From Thermoplasmata archaeon (GTDB taxonomy: Archaea; Thermoplasmatota; Thermoplasmata; Lutacidiplasmatales; UBA184): 60,680 bases of DNA. Each line of letters starts with the position of its first letter. Position 1 is the first letter of the stretch. The notes under the pieces were generated by a model. The model did no database searches. It was not told the origin of the DNA and saw only the letters and a list, made by a program, of their open reading frames with translations. Shown one piece after another: positions 9,673 through 20,500 of this stretch. The DNA is taken from NCBI GenBank assembly GCA_028864975.1, contig JAGWLG010000020.1:1-60680 (forward strand), written 5' to 3'. The position numbers and the translations under genes are program-made.

Positions 9673-11082
9673 ATGGCCAGCGGCGTCGTCGCTCCTTCGG
9701 ACTGGTTCACCGAGCGCCAGGTCCGAGAGGTGGGGTCCTCGCTCTCCGATCCCGTCTCCGTGACCGCCCATCGGAACGAGGCGTTCCAGGTGTTCCGACG
9801 GCTCCCGGTCGAGCTCAACCCGCTCTATCGCCAATACGCCTACTACGGTGGCGTGGACCTGCGTCACCTCGACCCCGCGGGCCAGGGGAACAAGGTCCGC
9901 CCCCCGACCCCCGATGAGCGCTCCATCCTCGTGGTCCACGATGCCGCAGGGTCGCACGTTCAGGTCCCGGACGAGCTCCGCTCCGCAGGAGTTCAGCTCG
10001 AGGTGGTCCCGGAGCTCCTCCGCGGCGCCCATGCTGAGCCGTTCCTTCGCGCCGGAGAACCGCTCGCCGAGAAGTTCATCGCGCTCAACTCCGCGTTGCT
10101 GAATCGCGGGGTCTATCTGGAGGTCCCTGACGACCTCTCCGCCCCGGTCCGGGTCAAGGATGTGACCGTCCTGTCGCGACCGAACGAAGCCCTCCTCGTT
10201 CGCCGCGTCGTGCGCGCAGGGAAGGGGACCCGGGTCTGCTACAGTGAGGAGCTCTACTCCACACAGGCCTCCGCGGACCAGCGCCTCTATTCCTCCGCTG
10301 TCCACGCCACCACAGGACCCGGCGCCCAGTTGGTCTATCTCACGGTCCACGCCCCCGATGCGAACGCCGTGGCGTTCTATTCACGGGAGGCGGCGACGGG
10401 GAAGGACTCCCGGCTGGGGTGGGTGTGGTCCGGCTTCGGCGGGATGCGCACGAACTACCGCAACATCACCCACCTCGCGAATCCCGGCTCGGAGGCGGAC
10501 GACCTCCAGACCGTCTACGGTGACGGCGAGTCGGCCTTCAACAATTACGTGGAGATCACCCACGACAGGGACGCGACGAAGGGACAGTCCATCACCCGTG
10601 GGGTCTTCAAGGACCACTCCCGGGGAACCTCCCGGGGGATGATGCGGATCCTCCCGAAGACCCAGAAGGTCGTCTCCTACCTCTCGGAGCACGGCATGCT
10701 CCTCTCGCGGACCGCCCGATGCGAGACCGCCCCCGACCTCGAGATCCTTTCGTCGATGGACGTCAAGGCGACCCACTCTTCCTCCGTCGCCCCGATCGAC
10801 CAGGAGAAGATCTTCTACCTGGAGAGCCGAGGCATCGAACGGAAGGAAGCGACCCGGATGATCACCGAGGGCTTCCTCTCTCATGTTCTGGACCGAGCTC
10901 CGGTCACCGGTTTACGTGAGGTCCTGTACCCCATCGTGGACGCGCGGTGGAACGGCAGGGCCGTGGTCTGGGCCCCGGAGGGCCCGCTCCCCGACCTTCC
11001 CCCTCTGGGCATCGTCGGTTGGGGCGAACTGGGCGACTGGCGGATGGATACGAAGCTCCGTGACACCGCGGGTCGAGCCTGA
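9673..11082 (+). CDS. sufD: Fe-S cluster assembly protein SufD
   Basis: SufBD beta-helix signature; C-terminal P.LEI...DVKATHSSSVAPID.EKIFYLESRGI...EA.RMI..GF. Start set at ATG 9673. Confidence 0.88.
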   Translation: MASGVVAPSDWFTERQVREVGSSLSDPVSVTAHRNEAFQVFRRLPVELNPLYRQYAYYGGVDLRHLDPAGQGNKVRPPTPDERSILVVHDAAGSHVQVPDELRSAGVQLEVVPELLRGAHAEPFLRAGEPLAEKFIALNSALLNRGVYLEVPDDLSAPVRVKDVTVLSRPNEALLVRRVVRAGKGTRVCYSEELYSTQASADQRLYSSAVHATTGPGAQLVYLTVHAPDANAVAFYSREAATGKDSRLGWVWSGFGGMRTNYRNITHLANPGSEADDLQTVYGDGESAFNNYVEITHDRDATKGQSITRGVFKDHSRGTSRGMMRILPKTQKVVSYLSEHGMLLSRTARCETAPDLEILSSMDVKATHSSSVAPIDQEKIFYLESRGIERKEATRMITEGFLSHVLDRAPVTGLREVLYPIVDARWNGRAVVWAPEGPLPDLPPLGIVGWGELGDWRMDTKLRDTAGRA

Positions 11083-11088
11083 GCTCCT

Positions 11089-12807
11089 TCACAGAAGCCG
11101 CTCGAACCTGACCTCGACCCTGGTTACGGGCGCATGAGCTGCGCTCTCAGGTCCATCACCGGACGGTCCCCGTAGGCCGCCGGTTCCGAGGATCCTCGCC
11201 GATTCTGGCTCGTCCGCGAGTCGCCAGATACCTCGAGGGGCCCGAGAGAGCGCGAGCCGACGGCAGTGTCGAAAGAACTGCACGCCCAGGATGAGGGTCA
11301 CCGGGACGAAGATGATCATCCCGAGAACCAGCCAGAAGTCGAGGCCGACACAAACGGGAGCGTAGTTGACGGCCGCATCGCTCGCTGCAGGCTGTGGATA
11401 CGAGATCGCCTGCTCGCCGGTTCCGCCGAAGGCCTCGATCTGGCTGGACCGATTGTCCCACCAGACCGCCGCGGGCGAGAGCACCGTGGGGTAACCCCCC
11501 GACGAGAACGTCTGGGAGTCGTAGGTCGCCCAGTTCCCGTTGGCGAACGACGCGGCCTCTGTCCCGGAGAAGAGCCAGGACCCTGCCCCGGTCCCGCTCG
11601 GAAGGAAGTACATCGGCCAAAGGGGGGACGAGATCCCCGCGTAGTTGCTGCGCTGGCTCCAGTTGCCTTGGGCGAAGCGCCACATGTCCGAGACCGGTTC
11701 GGAGCCCTGAAGGTAAGAGTACCCGTCAGAACCGAGCTCGTTCGCACGAAGGTACCCTCCTACGAGGAGGAGCCCGAGACCCGGCACGAATCCCTCGGCC
11801 GCAAACCCCCGGCCGATGGGGTTCGGTGGGCCCACGATGGCTTCACGATGCCACGCTCCCGCACGGAACTCCCAGGTATCCCCGAGCGGAGTGCCGAAAC
11901 TGGGACTGGAACCGAACGTCCCGAACCCCCCGAAGAGGACGACCGACCCTTCCTGGGGGTCGAACACCGCGACGGCTCCCACCCGAGGAGAGGGAGCGGA
12001 GAGGCCGGAGAGATCGAGCTCCGTCCAAAGACCGCGGTGGAAGAGCCACGTGTCGCCGAACAGCGCTGAGCCGTCCGAGCCCCCAAACAGTAGGACGGAG
12101 TGGTCCGCGGGGTCGTCCGCGATCGCCGCTCCATAGCGTGGGGCGGGAGCCTCGGGGGGGTCGAGGACCGTCCAGCCGTACGGTCCCAGCTCCCAGGAGT
12201 CGTTGAGCACCGTCGACCCCGTGCCTTGCAGGCCCCCGAACATCAGGGAGACGTTGTCGGCGGAGTCGTAGGTCGCGGCCGAGAGAGCGCGGGGGGCGGG
12301 GCCGTTGACGGGTGAGCGAACGAAGCCCTGGGTCGCCCCGCTGAACGTCCAGGTCGTCTGTTGCGGTTCGCCCACGACATAGGAAGGGGAGTAGCCCCCC
12401 ATGTCCGTCGGCCCCTCGTAGCCGCAGGGACGCCCCAGCCCGCCGAGCAACGAGGCCACTACCAGGAGTCCTAGCACGAACGAGGAGGTCACGAACCCGG
12501 CGCCGGTCGGGCCGCGTCGCTCCCGGGGTGGGTGGCTCAGGCCCGAGAGCAGGAGCACCATGCCCAACAGAAAGAGGATGATGCCGAGGACGAGCCCGAA
12601 GTACGTGAACGCGAGGACCATTCCGAAGAAGACCAGCAACAAGCCCCCCACGACCCGGCCCGGGTGGTCCTCACGGAGCGGGCGAGGCGGGTCGCACAAT
12701 GGGGGTGTCCAGCTCACAGGGACCTCCTCGGGAGCGTCGGGGTCGGGGAACCAACGGGTCGGGTCCTGAGGGAACGGGTCCGACGACGGCGGTCCGTGGG
12801 CCTCCAT
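11089..12807 (-). CDS. Membrane protein with Kelch-type beta-propeller
   Basis: From ATG 12807: three N-terminal TM segments, repeated 'LFGG...GDTW.F' Kelch blades and a C-terminal TM helix. Confidence 0.8.
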   Translation of the reverse strand: MEAHGPPSSDPFPQDPTRWFPDPDAPEEVPVSWTPPLCDPPRPLREDHPGRVVGGLLLVFFGMVLAFTYFGLVLGIILFLLGMVLLLSGLSHPPRERRGPTGAGFVTSSFVLGLLVVASLLGGLGRPCGYEGPTDMGGYSPSYVVGEPQQTTWTFSGATQGFVRSPVNGPAPRALSAATYDSADNVSLMFGGLQGTGSTVLNDSWELGPYGWTVLDPPEAPAPRYGAAIADDPADHSVLLFGGSDGSALFGDTWLFHRGLWTELDLSGLSAPSPRVGAVAVFDPQEGSVVLFGGFGTFGSSPSFGTPLGDTWEFRAGAWHREAIVGPPNPIGRGFAAEGFVPGLGLLLVGGYLRANELGSDGYSYLQGSEPVSDMWRFAQGNWSQRSNYAGISSPLWPMYFLPSGTGAGSWLFSGTEAASFANGNWATYDSQTFSSGGYPTVLSPAAVWWDNRSSQIEAFGGTGEQAISYPQPAASDAAVNYAPVCVGLDFWLVLGMIIFVPVTLILGVQFFRHCRRLALSRAPRGIWRLADEPESARILGTGGLRGPSGDGPESAAHAPVTRVEVRFERLL

Positions 12808-13061
12808 AGGAGCTCCATTGGGGTCGCCCCTGAGAGAGAACCCGTTCTGAGCTCCATCAACGGTTCTGCAACTCGACGGCAGCCGATTGTACACCGTGCT
12901 AGACCATATCCAGGGCGGTCGAAGTGACCTTCGAGCTCCGATCCCCTCAGTGGGCTGTGGCCGTCGACCGGCGTGGGACGTGGTCCACGGCGTGGCCATG
13001 TACCCCGCTCGGTCAGTTCTCTTGACGAACGCTGAGGGATGTAACGTCCGCTGCGTCCGCC

Positions 13062-13523
13062 CCGCTGGTGGCGCTCAGCTTTGCTGGCCTTCTGCTCGTC
13101 TCCTTGGTGCTTCGAAAGTTCTTCTGCACCCGTCAGGTCGCCTACCTCTACTAGGGCCTCGGACTTCAAGTCCGCTGGTCGCGCCGTACCTGTTCAGTGC
13201 GTCAAGCGGTTCCTTGAGAACACCTCGAGGATGCGGCCAGCGGCCACCCTCCTCACCTGCGACCGCGAACCGACCACGTCGACGAGAGCCTGGGCCTCAC
13301 CCTCGACCGAAACGCGAACTGCGCCGCGCGCTTGGGGGAGTCCACCTACTCGTTCGAGGGGTTCGTCAGCGAGCCCATCCCTGCCACGCTCTTCGTCCTC
13401 CGGCTCGTCGTCCATCGCCACGGGTGCCGCCTCCACCACGGGACGAACCACTCCCCTTCATCTAGGGGGTCAACCTCCTGCTTCCCAAGGCACAGATGGC
13501 GAGCGGTCCCGCGGTCCCCCTAG
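13062..13523 (+). pseudogene. Probable decayed gene remnant
   Basis: One frame with coding-like GC3 and a hydrophobic stretch (LVALSFAGLLLVSLVLRK), broken by in-frame TAG (13152) and TGA (13215). No family recognised. Confidence 0.3.
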
Positions 13524-14038
13524 GGGCCTGGATGAACCTCGTTCTCCAGTCCGGTGCCCTCGTGCTGCTCTTGATCGGGTTGGTCTTGGCCATCCGAGCC
13601 CATCGAGCTATCGCTGAGGGGAAGGCGGAGGCGGAGAGACATGTGAACCGACACATGAACATCATGACCACGGCGATCCTGCTCTCGGGAGCTGGGCTCC
13701 TGCTCTGGATGCTACCCAGCTTCTACCTCGGATGGTACTACCAGAAGGGAGGCCTCGGTTGGGGCACAGGCGGGTGGCAATCCTACGTCTACCAGTACCA
13801 GTCCAGCGTGCCCCTCACCCATGGGTGGCTTATCGTGATCCACGTGGCCCTAGGGAGCGTCGCGGCCATCCTGGGGGTCTACCTCGTCCTCCGCATGCGA
13901 TGGAGCGGGTTTCCCGAGGCGCTCAAGGTGAGGAACTTCCGTGCCGTGATGATCACGACCTGGATCGTTTGGTTCAGCAACGTGCTCGTCGGCTACCTCG
14001 TCTTCTACTATTTCGCCTACACCCAGACCTACCCGTAG
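13496..14038 (+). CDS. DUF420-like membrane protein
   Basis: Four TM helices with His in helix 2 (RHMNIM) and helix 3 (IHVALG), the DUF420 pattern. Confidence 0.65.
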   Translation: MASGPAVPLGAWMNLVLQSGALVLLLIGLVLAIRAHRAIAEGKAEAERHVNRHMNIMTTAILLSGAGLLLWMLPSFYLGWYYQKGGLGWGTGGWQSYVYQYQSSVPLTHGWLIVIHVALGSVAAILGVYLVLRMRWSGFPEALKVRNFRAVMITTWIVWFSNVLVGYLVFYYFAYTQTYP

Positions 14039-14203
14039 CCTCGGCCTCTCGCCAATTTCGACGAAGCTCGAACCTCCGCCCCGGGCCCCGCCTGTGACGG
14101 AAGTCGAAGCGGTACCACCTGTGTACTTGTTTTGGTTGACCGTCGTCTCCTGACGGCTCCGAGTACGCCTTCCGCCGGGCCCATAACTGTACATCCGGGA
14201 ACG

Positions 14204-15638
14204 ACATAGCTCCCTGCTCGAGGGAGAGATGACCTCTTGGGCAGTCCCTGTCCTATGGGCGCCGGAGAGCACGGACGACGAGGTGGTCGTCTCCAGGCGG
14301 AAGCTCGGCGAGCTCGAGAAGGAGATGGAACGCCTTCGGGAGAAGGCCAAGAAGCTCGAGACGGAGAGCGAGGACCTCCGTCGCCAGCTCGCTGTCCACG
14401 TCAACCCCAACGTCCCCCCGAGCGTGCGGAACCCCGCCCTGGGCTTCGCTCGAGCCCGACCGCTCGTTCCCACCGAGGATCGGAGGAAGCCGGGGCCCAA
14501 GCCCGGCCATCCCGGAACCACGCGGGCGCCCCTGGTCCCGGACCGAAAGGTCTCCCTGACCGCCGACACCTGTGGCCATTGCCACGGCCACCGGTTGCAC
14601 AGGACCGGCGTGGACACCCAGCAGGAGGTGGAGCTGCCACCGCCGAGGAAGGCGGTGGTGACGGAGTACGACATCGGGGTCTGCCGCTGCCTCGACTGCG
14701 GGGAGGAGGTGAGAGCCACCCTTCAGAGTGAACGTGAACCCTCGGGCTATGGCCCCCAACTCCAGACCGAGGCGGTCCTCGGGAAGACCGAGGAGCGGCT
14801 ACCCTATCGGAAGCTAGAGACGCTCTTCGTTCGGCAGGGGCTCCCGATGAGCCTCGCCACGCACCAGGGGCTGGTCTGGGCGGCAAGCGATTCGCTCGGG
14901 GGAACCTGCGAGGAGATTCTCGAGCGGGTCCTGGAGGCGACGGTGGTGTACGCGGACGAGACCAGCTTCCGCGTGGGCGGGGAGAAGTGGTGGCTGTGAA
15001 CCTTCACCACCTTAGAGGACACGCTCCTGGTGCTCCGTCCCAGCCGGGGAGAGGATGCCGTCCATGAGGTCCTGGGCGAGGGGTTCCCGGGAAGGGTGGT
15101 GGTGTGCGATGGATGGAAAGCCTACCCCCACGAGGGGTGGGTCCTGCAGCGATGCTGGGCCCATCTCCTTCGAGTGGCGAAGGCGTGGGCGGAGGTCAGT
15201 CCGAGAGCGCAGGAACTATACGCGGCGCTGTGCGAACTCTATGCGCGGTTGACGAAGGGGTTGGAAAGCGCAGGCCTGAGGGCACGCGCGCATCGGCTCA
15301 CCCTGGGCGAGAGGTCCCTCGAAGGGCTGGTGGAGCGGTTTGGGAAGAGCTGGGCCGGTGGCGTGAGGAAGGTCATGACCTACCTCACGAACGGGATGCC
15401 GTGGTGGCTGACGTTCCTGAAACGGCCGGGGGTGGAACTCACCAACAACCGAGGTGAGCGCTCCCTACGAGAGGCGGTGGTGATTCGGAAGGTTGTAGGC
15501 GCCCTCAGGAACGAGAGAGGTGCCGAAGCTCTCGCTCGACACTTGAGCGTGCTCGGGACCTGGAAGCTGCGTCGGCTGGACCCGGCACGAGAGCTCTAGA
15601 CAACCCTCAGCCGTGGGTCGCTCCTGTCGGAGCTATAC
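14204..15638 (+). mobile_element. IS66-family insertion sequence (single-ORF, ISBst12-like), degenerate
   Basis: Contains the transposase frame 14229-15599. Candidate inverted-repeat cores are ATAGCTCC (14206-14213) and GGAGCTAT (15629-15636). No target duplication found, so ends are tentative. Confidence 0.75.
14229..15599 (+). pseudogene. IS66 transposase interrupted by in-frame TGA
   Basis: Coiled coil, PG.KPGHPG, zinc finger (CGHC...CLDC), YADET, VCDGW..Y and TNN..ER.LR..V..RK. Track ORFs 14229-14999 and 15030-15599 share a frame, separated only by TGA 14997-14999 (KWWL*TFTT). Confidence 0.9.
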
Positions 15639-15779
15639 ACGTCGGTCGCGCCTAACGGTGGCCTTGTGGATCGTGGCGGTGATCTCCGGGGTCTTGACCA
15701 TCTTCCATGCGATCACGATGGCGTCGTCCTGACCGGGGCGCCACAACACATATCTGGCCGCGGAGCCCGGGGGGCCCCG

Positions 15780-17366
15780 ATGGCGCTCCCCTTCCCGCTC
15801 CTCGACGCGCATCTCGTCTTCCGCGGAACCCCTCTCCCCGCTCAGCCCCGAGAGAGGCTCGAGCGTTATGCGAAGTTCGTGAGCTCGGAACTGGAGCCGG
15901 TCACTTTTGAGGTGGACCGCAGAGCACGTCCGTACCTCGCCCACCACGACACCCTCGGCGGCGATCCCGAGGAGGTCGTTCTGAATCCCGCGCACAGGGC
16001 CGCGCTCTCCAAGATCTACGCGAGCGGGCTCAGCACCGGCGCCGTAGAGGGACGCCACCCCTGGTGGGAGACGTTCGCCCTCGGTTACCTGACGACCGAC
16101 GTCGGGTGCTTCTGTTCGGCCACCGTGACGATGGCCACCGCGTTCTCGCTCGCCAAGTACGGTTCGGAAGAGCTCAAGGCGAGATTCCTGCCCGCCCTTC
16201 TCGAGGGGGGCGGGGCCCGACAAGGTGCCACCTGGGCGACCGAGGCCCAGGGTGGTTCCGACCTCGGAGCGAACCGCGCCCGAGCGGTGCCCGCGGGAAG
16301 CGACGGCAAGTACACCATCACCGGGGAGAAGTACTTCTGCAGCAACGTAGGGGCGTCCTACGCGGTGGTGACGGCTCGCCCCGAGGGTGCGCCGGAGGGC
16401 CCGAAGGGGATCCGACTCTTCTTCGCTCCTTCGCGACGCGAGGACGGACGACCGAACTGGCGGATCCGTCGCCTGAAGGACAAGATGGGCACGGTCTCCG
16501 TCCCGACCGGGGAGGTCTCGCTGATCGATAGCGAGGCCTACCTCCTCGGGACCCATGAGGAGAGGCTCTATCCGACGATGGAGATGCTCAACGTCTCTCG
16601 GGTCTGCAACTCGATCGGAAGCGCAGGAGTGCTCGCACGCGCCCTTCAGGTGGCGATGGAGCATGCCCGTGCCCGTGAGGCCTTTGGCAAGAGGCTCATC
16701 GACCACCCCCTGATGGCCGTCGACCTTGCCCGGTTGGCCATGGAGGCCTCCACGGCCGCCCTCCTGGCGTTCGACCCCGCGTTCTCCTTCGACGAGGTGT
16801 GGAAGGACCGTCCCCCCAAGTCGGATGCGGCGCTCCTCTTCCGGCTCGCCACGCACGCCGCCAAGCTCGCGACCGCGGACCAAGCCGTCCGAGGGACCTA
16901 CAGCGCCCTCGAGGTCCTGGGAGGTCCCGGGTACCTGGAAGAGTTCCCCCTCGCGAAGCTCGTCCGGGACGCGATGGTCACCCCGGTGTGGGAAGGCGGC
17001 TCGAACCGCCAGGCCCTAGATGCCTGGGAGGTGTCGACCCGTTCGCACCCGGAGAAGGCCTGGCACGAAGAGGCCAAGAAGGCTGCCGGGGCCGCTCGTT
17101 CGGATGCGGTGAAGAGCTTCCTCGAACGTCGCATCGGGGCCGTCGCCAGCCCCGGGCACGGAGAGGTCTCCGCGAAGTCCCGGCTGATGGCGATCGCCGA
17201 GATGCGACAAATGACCCTGCTCCAGCGTCTGGCCCACTCGAGCGCCGAGCCCGCCGACCGGGCTAGGGCGGAGGCGACGGCCGAGATCTTCGCGTTGGTT
17301 CGGGACGGAGGGCCGGGAACGGACATCCCGGTGATAACGGCCCTCTCCGTGCTCGGGGCCTCGTGA
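15780..17366 (+). CDS. Acyl-CoA dehydrogenase family protein (AidB-like)
   Basis: ATEAQGGSDLG, GEKYFCSN, RLKDKMG, LNVSRV.NS, VWEGGSN. Start set at ATG 15780. Confidence 0.88.
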   Translation: MALPFPLLDAHLVFRGTPLPAQPRERLERYAKFVSSELEPVTFEVDRRARPYLAHHDTLGGDPEEVVLNPAHRAALSKIYASGLSTGAVEGRHPWWETFALGYLTTDVGCFCSATVTMATAFSLAKYGSEELKARFLPALLEGGGARQGATWATEAQGGSDLGANRARAVPAGSDGKYTITGEKYFCSNVGASYAVVTARPEGAPEGPKGIRLFFAPSRREDGRPNWRIRRLKDKMGTVSVPTGEVSLIDSEAYLLGTHEERLYPTMEMLNVSRVCNSIGSAGVLARALQVAMEHARAREAFGKRLIDHPLMAVDLARLAMEASTAALLAFDPAFSFDEVWKDRPPKSDAALLFRLATHAAKLATADQAVRGTYSALEVLGGPGYLEEFPLAKLVRDAMVTPVWEGGSNRQALDAWEVSTRSHPEKAWHEEAKKAAGAARSDAVKSFLERRIGAVASPGHGEVSAKSRLMAIAEMRQMTLLQRLAHSSAEPADRARAEATAEIFALVRDGGPGTDIPVITALSVLGAS

Positions 17367-17533
17367 CGCCAGCGCCCGAACTGGAGGGGAGCTTGCCCCC
17401 CTTGCTTGCCCCAACCAAGGAAGGAGCGAGCGTCGCGGAAGGTCCGGTCTCCGATCCCTTCGTGCTGCGGTTATTGTAGGGGCCATGCGATTCCGCGGGC
17501 CCCGGAGTTTCCGGTGCACGCCGTTGTGAGAGC

Positions 17534-20500
17534 ATGAGAGGTGGATACCTGACCGAAGGGCTCGCCGGAGCGCTTCTCGTGGTCCTGGTGGTCACCTCTG
17601 CGGCCAGCACGCTCTCCACGCCCTGGTCTCCTGAGACCCAACGTGCCCCCGCGGTGAACTCCTCCCCCAATCCCCCCTTTCACGCACCGGCCCAGGGGGG
17701 GAGCCTTCCGACCGCCCTTCTCAGTCCTGCTGCGACCCCAACCTCCAGCTCCGCGCCGAACGTGTCGAGGAGCCTCGTGCTGTTCAACGGCACCAGCATG
17801 TCTGGTAATGTGCTCCCTCCGAACGACGCATCGCCGTACGCTCTCGCCCTCGACCCCTCGACCTCGACGCTTTGGGTCGTCGGTGAGTACTTGGGTGTGC
17901 TCGACGAGGTCTCCGGGACCCCAGCGAAGGTCTCCCGAGCGATCTCGATCCCAAGCGGCAGCCTCCAGGTCGCCTACGTTCCCTCGACCGCGGACGTTTA
18001 CGTCACGGGGGGCGCCAGCGGGAACCTGACCGCGGTGAGCGCGACGACCGGGGCCGTGGTCCAGAGCTTCCACCTGGGCACCTACCTGGATGGGGTCCTC
18101 TACGTTCCTTCGACGACAGAGCTCTACATCACCGACCAGCAAGCCAACCAGCTCCTGGTCTTCGATCCCAGCTCGCAGAGCGTCGTGGCGACGGTCGGCG
18201 TGGGGACGCTCCCCGGAGCCCTCGCTTGGGACCCGCTCAACGGGCTCGTCTACGTTGCTGACTCCGGCTCCGGGCAGCTCTCGGTCGTGAACACGACCAC
18301 GAACGTGCTCCAGTTCACGATCCCCGTGGGGAGTTCGCCCTCGGCCGTGGCGTACGACGCGGTCCCGCAGCTCGTGGCGGTCGCGAACTCACTTTCGAAC
18401 AACCTGACCCTCGTCGACGCCAAGACCCAGAGCGTGGTCGCGAACCCCCACGTCGGGACCGGGCCTGATGGGATCGCGGCCTACCCGCCGAACGGGAACC
18501 TCTACGTCAGCGACAGCGGCTCGAACAACCTCACGGTGGTCAACGCGACGACGCGTGCGGTGATGGGGTCCCTCCCCGCTGGGCGTTCGCCCGCGGGCCT
18601 TCTCTACGACTCCTCCGATCACGTCCTGTACGCTGCGAACGTGCGATCAGGGAACCTCTCGGAGATCGCCCTGCCCTCCGGGAAGGTTGTCGGAGAGGTC
18701 GTCACCGGTAGCAATCCGATCAACGACGCGGTCGACCCGATCAACGGCGACCTCTACATCACCGACGACCGGAGCGACCGTGTATGGGTCGCCGTGCCGT
18801 CGAACCTCTCCCTGTTGAGCTCGGTCAAAGTGGGAGGAGAGCCTCAGGGCGTCGCGGTCGACCCGCGCACGAACCGGATCTTCGTAGCGGACTCCTACCC
18901 CACCGTCTACGACGCGGAAGGAGGTGTGAGCGTGATCGACGGGGGAACGGGCGCCCTGCTCGCGACGCTTCCCGCGGGAAAGATACCGGTCGGGGTCATC
19001 GACGACCCTTCCACTGGGGAGGTCTACGTCACGGACGCCCAGGGGAACAACGTGACGGTCATCAACGCGACCACGCTGCGGTCCGTCGCGTCGGTGAGCG
19101 TGGGGGCCTATCCCTTCGGAGGAACGTGGGATGTGGATACGGGCCAGGTATGGGTCGTCGACTCGACCTCGGGGTCCGTCTCGGTGATCGACCCCGTCTC
19201 CCACCAGGTAGTGGGAACGGTCAACGTCCAGGCGGCCCCGAACGCGGCAGCCTACGATCCTTTGGTGCGCGAGGTCTTCGTCGCCAACTCCGGCAGCGAC
19301 ACGGTGAGCGTGGTCAACGGTAGCTCTCTCGCGGTCGTCGCGACGGTCACGGTCGGGACGGGACCGAGCTCGGTCTCGGTGGACACCACGAACGGGTTCG
19401 TCGAGACGAGCGTGGAGAACCAGAACTCGGTGGCCGTGCTCAACGCCAGAACGCGTAGCGTCAGCAGTACGTATGCGGTGGGGGTTTCCCCCGCAGGGAA
19501 CGCCTTCGATCCCGCCCAGGGCGCCTTCTTCACCTCGAACCAGGACTCCGGGACCGTCTCCTATTCGGGGCTGCTCGCCGCGCTCAGCTTCCAGGCATCG
19601 CCGAACCCCGTGACCCTGGGACAGCGCACGACCCTTTCCCTTTCCGTCCCCGACGGGGCCGCGATCGTAAGCTACCGGTACTTGGGTCTGCCCATGGGCT
19701 GCATCTCCACGAATGCCTCGACGCTCAGTTGCACCCCTTCGGCCGCGGGCTCGGCCGACGTCACGGTCAACTTCTGGGACGATCTTGGGAAGAGCGGGAC
19801 CGCATCCCTCACCCTCGTCGTCAATGGGCCGCTTGTCGCGGGAGCCTTCGCGTATCCCGCACGGTTCACCCAGGGGCACTGGACGACCCTCGACCTCAAC
19901 AGCTCGGGGGGAACGAGCCCGCTCCTCAGGGTGGGTCTGACCGGCCTCCCCGCGACGGTGAGTTGTGGGGCGACCTCGATCGCGCGGAGCGAGCTGGTCC
20001 CCTGCACCGCTTCCGCACCCGGAAACTACACCGCGCAGGTCTGGGTCCAGGACTCCGGGGGCGCGAACGCGAGCGCGTCCACGAACCTCACGGTCGAACC
20101 GAGCCTCCTGCTCAGCACCATGTCGGCCTCCCCGTCGCTCCTGGGTCAAGGTGCCCTCACCCGAATCGTTGTCGCCGCCTACCGGGGCACGAGCCCCTAC
20201 ACCTACTCGTACCGCGGACTTCCGAGCGGATGCACGACGCAGAACACTTCGGTCCTGTCCTGTCGTCCTCAGGCTTCTGGGAACTTCACTATCGGAGTGA
20301 CGGTGAGCGACCTCTCCGGGGATGAGGCCAACGCCTCCGTCCTGCTCCGCGTCTATGCCCCGGTCTCGATCGTGTCGTTCGAGGCTTCCCCTTCGAGCAT
20401 CACCCTGGGAGGCTCGACCATCTACTCGGTGAGCGTAACGGGGGGCCTGACCCCGTACACGTTCGTCTACCGTAGTCTCCCTGTGGGGTGCACGTCCTCG

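Noticed and set aside
14997-14999. TGA as selenocysteine or Trp recoding
   Set aside because: TGA is a normal stop in many genes here and the position is a conserved Trp in a transposase. A nonsense mutation is simpler.
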